From Ostreococcus lucimarinus (Eukaryota), in the NCBI GenBank assembly GCA_000092065.1, contig CP000587.1: 64,000 nt of DNA; one strand, written 5' to 3'. Under the pieces are notes generated by a model that saw only the letters and a list, made by a program, of their open reading frames with translations, did not search any database and was not told the origin of the DNA. Position numbers and translations under genes: made by a program. This document shows, in pieces, positions 29,931 to 40,714 of the stretch (position 1 is its first letter; the number at the start of each line of letters is the position of its first letter).

Positions 29931-32900
29931 ATGCGCGCCGACGGCACCGCCGGCGACGGCGCGGTCGTCCTCGCGCGGCGCGACGTCCGCGCGCCCCACG
30001 TCGGCGACGACGACGACGACGGCGCGCGCATCGACGTCGCGTTCGCGACGCGCGACGACGCGGCGGACGGCGACGACGACGGCGCGACGACGCGAACGTC
30101 GCGCGGCGTCGTCGTGAGCTACGCGACGAGCGCGCGCGCGTGCGCGTCGACGCGCGCGGACGCGCGCGGGAGGTTCGAAGCGCGCGCGCTGCGCGTGGAG
30201 GGCGCGACGGGCGAACGCGCGGCGTGGGCGAGCGGGACGCGCGCGACGGGGACGCGGCGACTCGCGGCGGCGTTCGGACGAGAGGCGCGCGTCGCGACGG
30301 ACGACGACGAGGAGGCGGTGGTGTTCGAGGCGAACGTGCTCGCGATGTGCTTCACGCGAGAAGGGGCGATGGCGTGCGCGATGGACGACGGACGCGTGGC
30401 GACGCGAAGCGCGAGCGGCGGCGACGCGGGGACGCGGCGCGCGCGCGAAGGCGAGGCGAAGCGCGCGATCGTGAGCGCGGAGGACGGTGAGGACGGCGCG
30501 TGCGGGGCGGTGGCGGTGTGCTTCGACGGCGAGAGCGTGGTGTACGTCGCGCGGGCGGCGGTGGACGAAGCGGTGGACGCGCTGAGACATCCGGCGCGAG
30601 CGCGCGCGACGAGCTGGCGCGGCGGGACGTTGGCGACGCTGTGCGCGGACGGCGCGCTCAGGCTTTGGATGCGCGCGAACGGGCGGACGGAGTTGACGTG
30701 CACGATTCAAACGCCCAGGGGTGGGCTGGTTCCGGTCGTCGCGTTCGATTGGTTGGAGACGAGCGAGACGAGCGATAGTTTGTACGATCACGCCATCATC
30801 GGCGCCGACGGCGCGAGCGGGATTCACGTGTGGACGCTCTCCGACGTGGACGCCGCGCATCCGCTCAGCGCGCGTCGACCGGTGGTTTCCCATCGTGGAT
30901 CGATGACGTTTGAACGCGCGATGGATTTGACGCTGGCGGATGGAGTGGTGATTCGAGGCAGTTTGACGCAAAGCGACGACGACGTTCGCGTGCTCTTGGC
31001 GTCGAGGAGACTGGGCGTCGTCGTCGCGCGCGCGGCGCGAGATCGCCCGAACGTTTTAGAGAAGTTGTACGGCGTGTCTCTCCGTGGACACGCGACCACG
31101 ATCGTGGACGCGCGCGTGCACCCGACGACGGGCGTGCTCACGACGAAGGACGCGTCCGGAGTGTGTCGAGCGTGGAGACGCGACGCGCGCGGCGAAGTCG
31201 AAATCGCCGACGAAACGACGGACGCCGACGCGGCTGAGGCGATCGAATGCGCGCGAATGGAAAGATGTGGATCCGGCGCATCGGTCGCGGCGCGCGCTCA
31301 CGTCGGAGGTCGCGACGTGGAAGCGTCGAGCGATGGAAAGAGGTTTGCGTTCGTGGATGACGAAGGACGGCGCGTCGTCGGCGCCGTCGCCGGCGATTCG
31401 AAAGTCATCTTGGAACGCGTCGACGCGACTGCGTCAGTTCCGCGAGCTTCAGCCATATTTCGTTGGTTCGACATCGGGGGCGGTGCACACGCGCTCGCGA
31501 CCGCGATGGGGACGGTTTTAGAGGTATACGCGCCGTCACCATCGCTCTACGCGTCCAAGAAGACTCCGTGGCGGCGAATATTGCGCGTCGACGTCGCCGA
31601 ATTCGCCGGGCCGACGCAGAGCGCGATTTCGACTTTGACCTGGAGTCTTCTCGGAGATGTCGTGTACGTCGCCATCGATTGCGTGATACTCACCGTTGGT
31701 TTTGAGGGCGACGACTCGAAGTGTGGCGTCGCGCGGCGCGCCATTAGAGAATCGAAGAATCTACCCTCGTATCATCCGCGCGTGCTCATCGACTGGCTCA
31801 AGCGCGGGGAGCTGGATCGAGCGCGAAAGTCTCTGCGCGCGGTGATGAAGTACCTCGCCGCGAATGATTTTGACTCGCCGTGTCCATCGATTCCCCCGAG
31901 TGAGTTATGGGTCATGGATGACGACGTCGAAGACGTCACGGTGGCGTCGCCGGCACCGACGGCATCGACGGTGGACGTGCCCGAATTCGACATGTCTGCG
32001 TTCGGAGCGTTTGGCGGCGGCGCGCCCGCCGCGGCGACATTCTCGTTCGGAGCGGACTTCGATCAAAACGCAATGACGTCTACATCGCCGTCGACGGTTA
32101 ACGCTCGACGAGCCGGCCATGGTGACGCGTTCACGCAGCGCGAAGCCGAAGACGCGACCGAGTTACTGAGTTCGCTCGCGGATAAACTAGCGCTCGCCCC
32201 AGCGGAACGCGTGCAGTTACTAGGCGTTATCGACGCGCTTCGCAACATTGAGAGAGGAATTGCGACGCTTGGAAGCGCAGTGGATGAACCTGGCCGACGA
32301 TTTGCCGCGCTCTGGCACACGCGACGTTTGCGCCGCGTGAACGATCACGAAGGACCGTGCGGACAAGAGTTGGCTTGGGCGGCTCAGTGCGCGACGACCG
32401 TCGAACTTTTAGACAACGTACTCGATGGCTCGGCAGTGGACAGCCCCAACGCGGATTGGATGACGGTAAAAACGCTTGGCGTGCCGATTTGGTTGCGCGA
32501 TGATGGGACACTGCGAAGTCTGATTGAAGAGTGCGCCAAAGGAGAGTTTGCGAGGACGAAGAATGCCGACGATTGCGCCCTTCTCTTCGTGTGCGTCGAT
32601 CGCGTCAAGGTGCTGGCTGGGTTATATAAGGCGACGCAAAACAAGCCGCTCTACGAGTTTATGTGTCGAGATTTCAGCGAGCAGCGTCATCGCGACGCTG
32701 CGCTGAAGAATGCTTACGCATTACTGTCAAAGCATCGATATTCATTCGCGGCGGCGTTTTTCATTCTCGGCGGTCAACCGCTCGATGCGGCGTCCTTGGT
32801 GTGGAAACACGACCGCGATTTATCGCTCACGCTCGTCATTGCCCGGCTCGCGGCGAAGAAACACGTTGAAGGTACGCATTCAACGGTCGGGTATCTGACG

Positions 32901-35042
32901 AGTGACGTTGTGCCTGTGCTTCAGAATGATATTGCGCCGACGATGTCGGATCCGTGGACTCTCGCCGCGTTGCGTTGGCTCGCCGGCGACTTTAAAGGAT
33001 TTTTTTCATCCATGAATTCATTGATGGAAACGTACGCTGTGGATGCGACGGATTTACTGGTGCATATCGCATCAAGCTCGCGTGAAGAAGACACGGTTTC
33101 GAATGCGAAGACATTGTTGCGGTGCTCATCGGCGACGTTGTTGCATCCGCTGGAAGCGCTCGGCATGCCTTTGGCCGCACTCGAACGATTGCAGTCATGC
33201 GGGCAGGACTCCATTGAAGACGCTTGCAGACTCGCCGTAGGCTCGTTGCTGGCGGGACAAAAGTCAAGTGACGTCACTGACGTTGCACTCGAAGTATTCA
33301 CGCGCAAGCCGTGGAGTTTGAGTTCGGCGACAATGCGTTCAATTTTGCACCGAAGGTTGGACGTTGAACGTTTCGAAGGATTCGACGCGAATGAACGCAC
33401 ACTGAAAGATCTCAACACGTCTACACCCGTGAAATCGTTGCACGTAAAAACACCGTCTGTGCTGCCGACCGAGATTCATACAGTGAGCATTCCTCGCGTG
33501 CCGAGCGGACAAGACTTGACCATCAGTGGATCGCCGACGGAAAAAGTAGCTACGGCGCGAAACGCGTTCAGTAAACTTCGAAGACTAAGCGTGAAGGCGA
33601 AACGTCAGAAAAATTTCGGTATTGGAGAAAGCGCAGGAGATGACTCGCCAACTACGCCAAGATCGCCAGAGTTCGACAGTGGGACGAGGCAAGTTGGAAA
33701 TGATGACGCATCGGCCAAAGCTCGAGTCTTGCGAACGCCCGTCGACGTCGCTTCGTTACAAAACGACGGCTTTTACGACATATGCTTCAATCACGAGGTG
33801 CCCTACGAGTTAGGGTGCGCCAGCGTTCGCCAAGGTTTATCCGTGGTCAATCTTCGAAAGTTGAATGAAAACGATAACGAGTCGCACAAGGATGCGTGGG
33901 CGGTGCTCTTGCAAGCGCAACCGCCCATTTCAGGCTTCAAATCGTCCATGAATTCTTGGCTCCACGTAGAAGATGTGGCGTCTACGCCGGCGTCACCGCG
34001 AGGTGGTCACGGGCGCGAGCACGAGTGGGCGACACATGCAGGATTGGACATGACGTCGCTCACAGGAATCATCCCGCAGTCTCAAAGCGAATCCGTCGGG
34101 CGATCTCGAGCAGCGATTACACGAGAGCCAGCAAACGATGTCGTTGCACGAAGCGTCGCCGCACACCCATCGCGAAGCTTTTTCGCCGTCGGGACTTCGA
34201 TGGGTGGTGTGCAGTTGTGGGATTTTCATGGCGAAAATGCAGATCGATCGGCGGCAGTTCTGTCGCTCGGAGGCAAAAAGTCGACTTCCGGCACGGGAGC
34301 GAGCATGCGCTCGCTCGCGTGGTCCCCGCATGGCGCTCGTCTTGCGGCGTGCGCTTCCGATGGCAACGTCACGTTGTGGCTCGGTGACGCCCCGGACGTA
34401 GAACCGGCTGCGAGTAAAATGTGCGGATTTAAAGGTAGCAAGACCGAAGACGTGCTGTTTCTGTCGACAAACGTCATGGCTGTCGCGAGCTCGACTGGAA
34501 GTTCACTACAAAGGGCGCCCGAGTGCGTCACGCTCTGGGACGCCCTTCAGCCTTTTCACGCCTCGCCTGGGGTCATTCGTGCTCATTCTGGTGGATGTAC
34601 ATCACTCTCTCAGTTTCCATCACTCGTCGCTCCTCACGGCGTGCCCTGGCCTTTCCTCATCACCGGCGGTTACAACGGCGACGTCGCTGCTCACGATTTG
34701 CGAATGCTCGGCGGCGACGCCGAATCCACCGTGCTGTGGCGCTCATTCCCGCCACAAACGTCTACCATCACCTCCATAGCCGCAATTCACCACGAAACTA
34801 CCCCGCTCGTCGTCATCGCCGACCAGTCCGGCGATTTACTCGCCCGTTCTGCCCTCGACGGCGCCGAGCTGCAGCGCGTCAAATCCGCGCACGCGCCGCA
34901 GAAATTTCTCACCCCTCGCGGCGGCGGCGCCTTCGCCTCTCTCGGCGCTTCCAAAATCATCCCCATTCACGCCGGTATCTTAAGTGCCGGCGGTGACGGC
35001 ATCGTCCGTTGCTTCCGTCTAGACAAATCTCGCGTCGCCTAA
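29931..35042 (+). CDS. Rav1/DMXL (rabconnectin-3)-like WD40 protein, putative RAVE-complex V-ATPase assembly regulator
   Basis: Track ORF 29139..35042; its 5' third overlaps the V-ATPase c gene antisense and is an artefact. A plausible ATG is at 29931 ([14 protein letters not shown]...). N-terminal beta-propeller-like segments ([25 protein letters not shown]). The central region resembles Rav1p_C ([18 protein letters not shown]...[38 protein letters not shown]...[37 protein letters not shown]). C-terminal WD40 repeats ([44 protein letters not shown]). The family call is from memory of conserved motifs; the start is uncertain. Confidence 0.55.
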   Translation: MRADGTAGDGAVVLARRDVRAPHVGDDDDDGARIDVAFATRDDAADGDDDGATTRTSRGVVVSYATSARACASTRADARGRFEARALRVEGATGERAAWASGTRATGTRRLAAAFGREARVATDDDEEAVVFEANVLAMCFTREGAMACAMDDGRVATRSASGGDAGTRRAREGEAKRAIVSAEDGEDGACGAVAVCFDGESVVYVARAAVDEAVDALRHPARARATSWRGGTLATLCADGALRLWMRANGRTELTCTIQTPRGGLVPVVAFDWLETSETSDSLYDHAIIGADGASGIHVWTLSDVDAAHPLSARRPVVSHRGSMTFERAMDLTLADGVVIRGSLTQSDDDVRVLLASRRLGVVVARAARDRPNVLEKLYGVSLRGHATTIVDARVHPTTGVLTTKDASGVCRAWRRDARGEVEIADETTDADAAEAIECARMERCGSGASVAARAHVGGRDVEASSDGKRFAFVDDEGRRVVGAVAGDSKVILERVDATASVPRASAIFRWFDIGGGAHALATAMGTVLEVYAPSPSLYASKKTPWRRILRVDVAEFAGPTQSAISTLTWSLLGDVVYVAIDCVILTVGFEGDDSKCGVARRAIRESKNLPSYHPRVLIDWLKRGELDRARKSLRAVMKYLAANDFDSPCPSIPPSELWVMDDDVEDVTVASPAPTASTVDVPEFDMSAFGAFGGGAPAAATFSFGADFDQNAMTSTSPSTVNARRAGHGDAFTQREAEDATELLSSLADKLALAPAERVQLLGVIDALRNIERGIATLGSAVDEPGRRFAALWHTRRLRRVNDHEGPCGQELAWAAQCATTVELLDNVLDGSAVDSPNADWMTVKTLGVPIWLRDDGTLRSLIEECAKGEFARTKNADDCALLFVCVDRVKVLAGLYKATQNKPLYEFMCRDFSEQRHRDAALKNAYALLSKHRYSFAAAFFILGGQPLDAASLVWKHDRDLSLTLVIARLAAKKHVEGTHSTVGYLTSDVVPVLQNDIAPTMSDPWTLAALRWLAGDFKGFFSSMNSLMETYAVDATDLLVHIASSSREEDTVSNAKTLLRCSSATLLHPLEALGMPLAALERLQSCGQDSIEDACRLAVGSLLAGQKSSDVTDVALEVFTRKPWSLSSATMRSILHRRLDVERFEGFDANERTLKDLNTSTPVKSLHVKTPSVLPTEIHTVSIPRVPSGQDLTISGSPTEKVATARNAFSKLRRLSVKAKRQKNFGIGESAGDDSPTTPRSPEFDSGTRQVGNDDASAKARVLRTPVDVASLQNDGFYDICFNHEVPYELGCASVRQGLSVVNLRKLNENDNESHKDAWAVLLQAQPPISGFKSSMNSWLHVEDVASTPASPRGGHGREHEWATHAGLDMTSLTGIIPQSQSESVGRSRAAITREPANDVVARSVAAHPSRSFFAVGTSMGGVQLWDFHGENADRSAAVLSLGGKKSTSGTGASMRSLAWSPHGARLAACASDGNVTLWLGDAPDVEPAASKMCGFKGSKTEDVLFLSTNVMAVASSTGSSLQRAPECVTLWDALQPFHASPGVIRAHSGGCTSLSQFPSLVAPHGVPWPFLITGGYNGDVAAHDLRMLGGDAESTVLWRSFPPQTSTITSIAAIHHETTPLVVIADQSGDLLARSALDGAELQRVKSAHAPQKFLTPRGGGAFASLGASKIIPIHAGILSAGGDGIVRCFRLDKSRVA

Positions 35043-35126
35043 CGACGCGAGCATAGTCGCGTTGTCACCGCACCCACAGCGCAGTTCCCCGCCACGATCG
35101 CCCGCACATTCACGCGCGTCTCCACC

Positions 35127-35391
35127 ATGAGCGCCGCCGCCAAGAACAGCGCCGCGTACTGGCGCATCGCCGGCATGAGTTACCTCAAATACGCCAACGC
35201 GTGCGGCGAAGTCGTGCGTCAAAGCCTCAAGGAACCGTTCTTGACCCAGGTGCGAACGATCGATCGGCGTGCGCGCGAAACATCGACTAACGACGCGCGC
35301 GACGCGGATTCAACAGGCCAAGGCGCGCGAAACGGTGTATTACAAGATGACGAAGTACGCCGAAGGCAAGGCCGGGCAATCGGGTGCGTGA
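35127..35391 (+). CDS. ATP5E: mitochondrial F1-ATP synthase epsilon subunit (ATP5E/ATP15), two exons
   Basis: Exon 1 is 35127..35249 (MSAAAKNSAAYWRIAGMSYLKYANACGEVVRQSLKEPFLTQ), followed by donor GTGCGAA. The intron is 35250..35316 (67 nt), ending CAACAG. Exon 2 is 35317..35391 (AKARETVYYKMTKYAEGKAGQSGA*). The 65-aa product is collinear with plant/animal epsilon (AYWRxAGxSYxxYSxICAxxVRxxLKEP...). The track shows only read-through ORF 35127..35420. Confidence 0.7.
35250..35316 (+). other. intron of ATP5E gene
   Basis: GTGCGAACG...TTCAACAG. Phase 0. Confidence 0.6.
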
Positions 35392-35904
35392 ACGATCGAC
35401 GACGGCGGGAAGAAGACTAGGGCTTGAATTTCGCGAGCGGGACGCGCGAGGCGTCGCGAGACGCGCGGGACAAAATTTCACGAATCGGGATCGCGCGCGA
35501 CGCGCGCGACGGTGAAAAACGATAGTTTGACGACGACTGACGACGGATCGCTCGCATCGCGCGCAGTGATCACGGAAGTGTTGCCGAAGTAGACGCCTCG
35601 CGCGCCGCGAGCGCGTTCGCCTTCGTTCCTCCTTTGTAGTGTGTACTTGACTATTGATAGCCCAACAGCCTCGACTTTCACAGCCCAACACCCACCCTGA
35701 CGTAATTTCGTCACGTTCGAGCAAATGAAGTCGTCAAGCAAATGAAGCCGCTCGTCCTCGAGTGATCCTCGAAGAGTCCTCGTCCTCGAATAATCGTCCA
35801 CGAACATGTATCCATCAAATCTTCGTCGCGGAAGCATCCGACGGCGGATCTGTAATCACGAAAAAAAAACGTTATCGCTATTTACATCTTCTACTTCGCC
35901 TGGT

Positions 35905-36294
35905 CTATCGCGACAATTCGTTTCGCTTGCAGCTCGTCAACAAGTCGGCGTACGGCTGGCACTTGGCCAAGTCGTCTGGAGAGTTTGAGATGCACTCGCC
36001 GAACGCCTTCGCCGCCTGCGCGCACGGGTTCGGTTGTTGCGGCGCTTCTGACGACGGTACGCTTTCCGTGGCGTAACCCGAGCCGCCGGAGCTGCCTAAT
36101 AAGCTCGCCGTGGCGGCGCGGCCGAGCGAGCTGCCGACGCCCCAACCGAAGCCTTGGTAGATCATACCGGCTAATCCGCCGACGAGCGAGCCACCGGACT
36201 GTTGCTGTTGCCTCGCGGGGGGTGGCGCGCCACCGAAACGACCTCGGTTGCCCGGAGGCGGGGCGCCGAAACCGCCGGAACGTCTTCGACCCAT
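35905..36294 (-). CDS. CHCH-domain protein (twin Cx9C), CHCHD2/CHCHD10/Mix17-like mitochondrial IMS protein
   Basis: ATG at 36294. Gly-rich N-terminal half (GGLAGMIYQGFGWGVGSSLG). Twin Cx9C motifs: CAQAAKAFGEC ... CQPYADLLTSC. Confidence 0.65.
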   Translation of the reverse strand: MGRRRSGGFGAPPPGNRGRFGGAPPPARQQQQSGGSLVGGLAGMIYQGFGWGVGSSLGRAATASLLGSSGGSGYATESVPSSEAPQQPNPCAQAAKAFGECISNSPDDLAKCQPYADLLTSCKRNELSR

Positions 36295-36412
36295 CTTGTT
36301 CGTGCGCTTCGTTGTGAGGGGGTCGAAGGCACCTTTGCGGACGTCTTTGCGTCGGGTCGGTTTGATTTAAATGCGGTGCGTGTGATTTACTACAGTGGCC
36401 TAAAACAAACGA

Positions 36413-38950
36413 CTAAGCGAAGGCTTGAGCGGTGGTTTCACCGCCACCTTCGTTCGAGAAGAATGGGGCTGGGAAATCGTCCGCCGAGGTGTCTTCGGCG
36501 ACGTCTTCGATGCCAGAGCCGAATTCGACGTCAAACGTGCGCGCCATAGTTTCATTGGCTGTCGTCACGGAAATCAGCTCCTGGTCGTCGTCGTAATCAA
36601 AGTTCACGGTGTCGCCCGAAGATGCAAATCCGTCGAGCATGCATTCGGCGAGATTGTTCTCCAATAAACCTCGCACGCATCGACGCATTGGTCGGGCGCC
36701 AAAGCGAGGCGAAAAACCATTGGAGTATAAAAGTGATTTGAATGAATCGGTGAAATCGAGCGTGATCCCACGAGCGAGCGCACGCTTGGAAACCGATGCG
36801 AGCATGAGATCCGCGATGGCGCTGACCTCGGGTCGTTCCAGCGGTCTGAAGATGATAATTTCATCGAGGCGGTTCAAAAACTCAGGACGGTACTCCTTGC
36901 CCAACTCTCGCTTGACTTGCGTTTGAAGTTTTTTGTACTTTTCCTCATCTTCGCCTTCGCCGCTCATGGATTCTAAGATCTCACGACTGCCAATGTTACT
37001 TGTCATGACGAGCATGGCGTTCGTGAAATCCACCGTTCTACCTTTGCTATCGGTCAAGCGACCGTCTTCCAAGACTTGGAGCAAAATGTTAAAGACGTCT
37101 GGGTGCGCCTTTTCAATTTCGTCCAACAACACGAGCGAGTGCGGGTTCGTGCGCACAGCCTCCGTGAGCTGTCCACCCTCACCAAATCCAATGTATCCAG
37201 GCGGCGGACCGATCAATCTACTCACCGAATGCGATTCCATGTATTCGCTCATGTCTATGCGCACCATCGCCTTTTCGGCGCCGAAGTATGTCTGAGCCAC
37301 CGCCTTGGCGAGTTCAGTCTTACCAACGCCCGTGGGACCACTAAATATAATGCTCGCCACCGGTTTCGACGCATCTGCCAGCCCAGCCCGCGCGCGGCGA
37401 ATGGCTTGTGAGATCGAACGCACGGCTTCGACTTGGCCGATGACGCGCTTGCCGAGCTCTTGTTCAAAGTTCATCAACGAAAGCGACTCATCTGCGCTCA
37501 ACTGTTGCACGGGCACGCCCGTCCACTGCGCCACGACTTCGGTGATGTGACTCTCGTCAACCAACGTACTATCACCGGGCGTGAGTTGCACCAAAGCGCC
37601 GGCTTCATCGATGACATCGATAGCTTTGTCTGGTAAGAATCTGTCGTTGATGTATCGCGTGGAGAGCGAGACGGCGGCGCGCAACGCCTCGTCGGTGAAG
37701 GACACGCCGTGGTGCTCTTGGTAAGTGTCCTTCAAACCGCGCAAAATTGTGAGCGTTTGCTCTGGACTGGGTTCGATGACGCGCACGGGTTGGAATCTAC
37801 GTTCCAAAGCCGCATCCTTTTCGATGTGTTTCCTGTACTCGTCAATCGTCGTCGCCCCGATGCACTGCAACTCGCCTCTTGCGAGCGCGGGCTTCATCAA
37901 GTTACCGGCATCCATACCACCATCTTCTCCGGTACCACCGGCGCCAACGAGCATGTGAATCTCATCGACGAATAAAATAATATCTCCCGCTTGTTTAACC
38001 TCCTCCATGACATTCTTCATCTTTTCCTCGAACTCGCCGCGGTATTTCGTGTCGGCGAGCAAGAGACCAATTTGCAAGCTCACGACGCGTTTTTCCTTCA
38101 AGCTCTCGGGAACGTCGCCTTTAGCGATCATCATCGCTAAACCTTCGGCGATGGCCGTCTTCCCAACCCCGGGTTCGCCCACCAAACACGGATTCGACTT
38201 GCGTCGTCGCACCAAAATCCGCATCACTCGCGTCACCTCTTCGTCCCGGCCGAGCACTGGATCTAATTTACCCTCGCGCGCCTCCGCCGTCAAATCGATA
38301 GAGCAATCCGCCAACGTCTGCTTCTTCGTGTTCCGCGTCTTCTTACCCGCCCCCACGAGTTCTCGCTCATTCGCTCCAGTGATCTCCTTCCTGAGCACCT
38401 TCAAATCGCACCCCTCCAGCGCCGCCATCGTCGCGCGCGCCCCGCTCGCCGGTTCGTCAATCATCGCGAGCGCGAGCTCCTTGCTCCCAACCTCGCTCCC
38501 ACTCGCACTCGCGCGTTCAAAAACCTTTTTCAGCTCATCGCTAAGCGCCAGCAACCCCTCGGCGCTCGGTTTATTAAACGGATTCATCAGTTCCAGTTCG
38601 CTCACCCCCGCGCGTTCGCCGAGCGCGCGTCGCGTCGCCTCCTCCGTCACCCCGTGCTTGTGCAATGCCTTGCTCGTCCGATCGCGATTCCGCGTCAGCG
38701 CGAGCAGGACGTGTTCAGAACCGCATTCAGCGCTTCGAAATTTCTTCGCGAGGTCCATCGCGTCCTTGACGGCGACGACGGCGTCGCCGTCGAATGTTTC
38801 AAAGAATCCACACCGCGTCACTTTTCGCGGTCTCGACGCCTTCGCGACGCCACGCGCGCTCGTTTTCGCGCGAGACTCGCGCAGGGCGTCGAAGAACGAC
38901 CCACCGCGCGATCGGCGCGCCGTGCGCGCGTCGAGCGCGGCGCATCGCAT
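36413..38950 (-). CDS. CLPD: Clp/Hsp100 ATPase, ClpA/ClpD-type (two AAA+ modules, no long M-domain), plastid-targeted
   Basis: Track ORF 36413..39355 starts at GTG, and its first ~110 codons are antisense to the ECH CDS. In-frame ATGs lie at 39226, 39061, 39034 and 38950. I report 38950 ([43 protein letters not shown], 48-aa transit-like) because it does not overlap the ECH CDS. Two Clp_N repeats, then NBD1 ([16 protein letters not shown], Walker B ILFVDEIH), a short linker without UVR/coiled coil, then NBD2 ([17 protein letters not shown], sensor [14 protein letters not shown]). Confidence 0.85.
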   Translation of the reverse strand: MRCAALDARTARRSRGGSFFDALRESRAKTSARGVAKASRPRKVTRCGFFETFDGDAVVAVKDAMDLAKKFRSAECGSEHVLLALTRNRDRTSKALHKHGVTEEATRRALGERAGVSELELMNPFNKPSAEGLLALSDELKKVFERASASGSEVGSKELALAMIDEPASGARATMAALEGCDLKVLRKEITGANERELVGAGKKTRNTKKQTLADCSIDLTAEAREGKLDPVLGRDEEVTRVMRILVRRRKSNPCLVGEPGVGKTAIAEGLAMMIAKGDVPESLKEKRVVSLQIGLLLADTKYRGEFEEKMKNVMEEVKQAGDIILFVDEIHMLVGAGGTGEDGGMDAGNLMKPALARGELQCIGATTIDEYRKHIEKDAALERRFQPVRVIEPSPEQTLTILRGLKDTYQEHHGVSFTDEALRAAVSLSTRYINDRFLPDKAIDVIDEAGALVQLTPGDSTLVDESHITEVVAQWTGVPVQQLSADESLSLMNFEQELGKRVIGQVEAVRSISQAIRRARAGLADASKPVASIIFSGPTGVGKTELAKAVAQTYFGAEKAMVRIDMSEYMESHSVSRLIGPPPGYIGFGEGGQLTEAVRTNPHSLVLLDEIEKAHPDVFNILLQVLEDGRLTDSKGRTVDFTNAMLVMTSNIGSREILESMSGEGEDEEKYKKLQTQVKRELGKEYRPEFLNRLDEIIIFRPLERPEVSAIADLMLASVSKRALARGITLDFTDSFKSLLYSNGFSPRFGARPMRRCVRGLLENNLAECMLDGFASSGDTVNFDYDDDQELISVTTANETMARTFDVEFGSGIEDVAEDTSADDFPAPFFSNEGGGETTAQAFA

Positions 38951-39032
38951 CGCGCCGCGCGTGGTTTTATGACGCAAGTCGACGTCACGACTGCGGTGCG
39001 CGACACATCGCGCCTTCACGCGCGCGCGACGC

Positions 39033-39869
39033 ATGCGACGCCCCACGTGCGCGGTCGACATCGACGCCGATGGCGTCGGCGTGCTTACGCTGTCGCGCCC
39101 GCACCGCGCGAACGCGCTGAACGAAGAAATGTGGACCGACTTTGCCGAGTGTGTGAAGTTTGTGGGACAGTCGAACGCGCGATGCGTCGTCGTGCGCGGC
39201 GATGGTCGGCACTTCTGCGCCGGCATCGACGTCGCGGATGAGGCGACGTTGAAATCGACCCTCGGCGACGTCGGCGACGTCGGCGCGGCAACGTGCGAGG
39301 GACGCCGGCGGGAGAGTTTGTTGAGGAATATTAAGAGGTTGCAAGACGCGTTCACGGCGCTCGAGCGGGACGTGGAGTGTCCGACGATCGCGTGCGTGCG
39401 AGGGGCGTGCTACGGAGCGGGGGTAGATATGATCACGGCGTGTGATTTGAGGGTGTGCTGCGGGAAATCGGCGCGGTTTTGCGTCAAGGAGGTGGATTTG
39501 GGCATCACCGCCGACGTCGGCACGCTTCAGCGCTTGCCGTCGATTATTGGCTTCGGTAGGGCGGTGGAACTGGCGATGACCGCCAGGGAGATGGACGCGA
39601 AAGAGGCGCTCGCGATTGGATTGGTGAGCGAGATTTGTGACGACGTTGAAGCACGCGCGATGGCTCTCGCGAAAATGTTGGCGAAGAAGTCGCCTCTCGC
39701 GCTTAGAGGCACGAAACGAACACTCCTGCGGCAGCGCGACGACCCAAACGTCGCGCGCGGGCTCGACTACGTCGCAACGCACAACGCTGCCATGCTGATG
39801 AGCAACGATTTAAACGAAAGTTTGCGCGCTAGATTCGAGAAACGCGAACCGATATTCGCTAAGCTCTAG
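39033..39869 (+). CDS. DCI1: enoyl-CoA hydratase/isomerase (crotonase) family, dienoyl-CoA isomerase (ECH1/DCI1)-like with C-terminal PTS1 (-AKL)
   Basis: MRRPTCAVDIDADGVGVLTLSRPHRANALNEEMWTDF...FCAGIDV...ACVRGACYGAGVDMITACDLRVC... It ends ...EKREPIFAKL* (AKL is a peroxisomal PTS1 variant). Confidence 0.8.
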   Translation: MRRPTCAVDIDADGVGVLTLSRPHRANALNEEMWTDFAECVKFVGQSNARCVVVRGDGRHFCAGIDVADEATLKSTLGDVGDVGAATCEGRRRESLLRNIKRLQDAFTALERDVECPTIACVRGACYGAGVDMITACDLRVCCGKSARFCVKEVDLGITADVGTLQRLPSIIGFGRAVELAMTAREMDAKEALAIGLVSEICDDVEARAMALAKMLAKKSPLALRGTKRTLLRQRDDPNVARGLDYVATHNAAMLMSNDLNESLRARFEKREPIFAKL

Positions 39870-39913
39870 CTGTTGTACAACAAATTCGCTAGTCAGTTCA
39901 AGTATTCGAGTCG

Positions 39914-40537
39914 CTAATCGAGACGCTCGCCTCGTCCTTCAACCGCCCCTCGCACGGGCGTCAGCAATCCATTCGCGCTCAAACTAATTGTCGCTGGGTC
40001 CCGCACCAAGTCGAACGCCAACAACTCTAAATCGTCGTCCACATAGCATTTGCCGTCTGCCCGTGTCTCGAGCGAAGACCAACTCCTCGTCGACGCGCCG
40101 ACCAGTCCCCCTCCCTCGTAAATCTCCCGTATCGCCCGCCCGCTCTCCGTATCCAAGATCTTGACGTATCCCATCAGCGTCCTATCTCCATCGCACCAAT
40201 ACACATCCACGACTCGACAGCACGCGCGCGTCTCGTCGTCGGCGTCCCGGAACTCGGCCTCGTCCGTAGCCGCCGGGTGTTCCAACTTCCCGTACGCTCG
40301 ACCGCGCCGCACGCGCGCCGCGACGTACGCCGCGACTTCCCTGTGCAGTATGGGTTTCGGATACACCCGTCCGTTGCGATTCACGCGATCGCACCGTGCG
40401 AGAACGCCGTGTAAATACAGCTCGCCTTTGTTGTTCGCCAACGACCGCGCGAGCGCGTCGACGCGCGATCGGCGCTCGATCTCGGCCTCGTCCGCGAGCG
40501 CGCGCTCGACGGTGTGCACGGACACGCACACGCCCAT
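39914..40537 (-). CDS. HK97-family (peptidase S78/U35-like) prohead serine protease homolog
   Basis: Track ORF 39914..40624 starts at TTG. The first ATG is at 40537 (MGVCVSVHTVERAL..., 207 aa). Composition is non-repetitive. Blocks resemble S78: ELYLHGVLARCDRVNRNGRVYPKPIL (vs GYAxVFN...GxF), GKLEHPA (vs LWxHD), CDGDRTLMGYVKILDTESGRAIREIYEGGGLVGASTRSW (vs DExGL.....L..T..G.....l...G...g.SiGF), DDDLELLAFDLVRDPATIS (vs L.EVSlVt.PA). The identification is from memory of family conservation, not a database hit. Confidence 0.45.
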   Translation of the reverse strand: MGVCVSVHTVERALADEAEIERRSRVDALARSLANNKGELYLHGVLARCDRVNRNGRVYPKPILHREVAAYVAARVRRGRAYGKLEHPAATDEAEFRDADDETRACCRVVDVYWCDGDRTLMGYVKILDTESGRAIREIYEGGGLVGASTRSWSSLETRADGKCYVDDDLELLAFDLVRDPATISLSANGLLTPVRGAVEGRGERLD

Positions 40538-40714
40538 CGCGCGCCGAGGTTCGGCGTCGAACGCGCGACTTCGCGCGTCGCCGTCTGCGGATAAAGCGCG
40601 CGCGTCCCGCTCTGAGCGGGACAACCCGACGTCTCGGCGCGAGCCTCGTCGCGAGGCGTGCGATCGCGCGCGACTGAAGAGTGCTCGCGCGCCGTCCTCG
40701 GGGCGTCGCGCGCG

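Noticed and set aside
39914-40624. Possibility that the prohead-protease-like ORF is bacterial or phage contamination or a chimeric assembly
   Set aside because: GC content, codon usage and the tight, typical spacing to flanking host genes on both sides are indistinguishable from the rest of the window. I treat it as genuinely integrated, while noting that read-level assembly validation is required.
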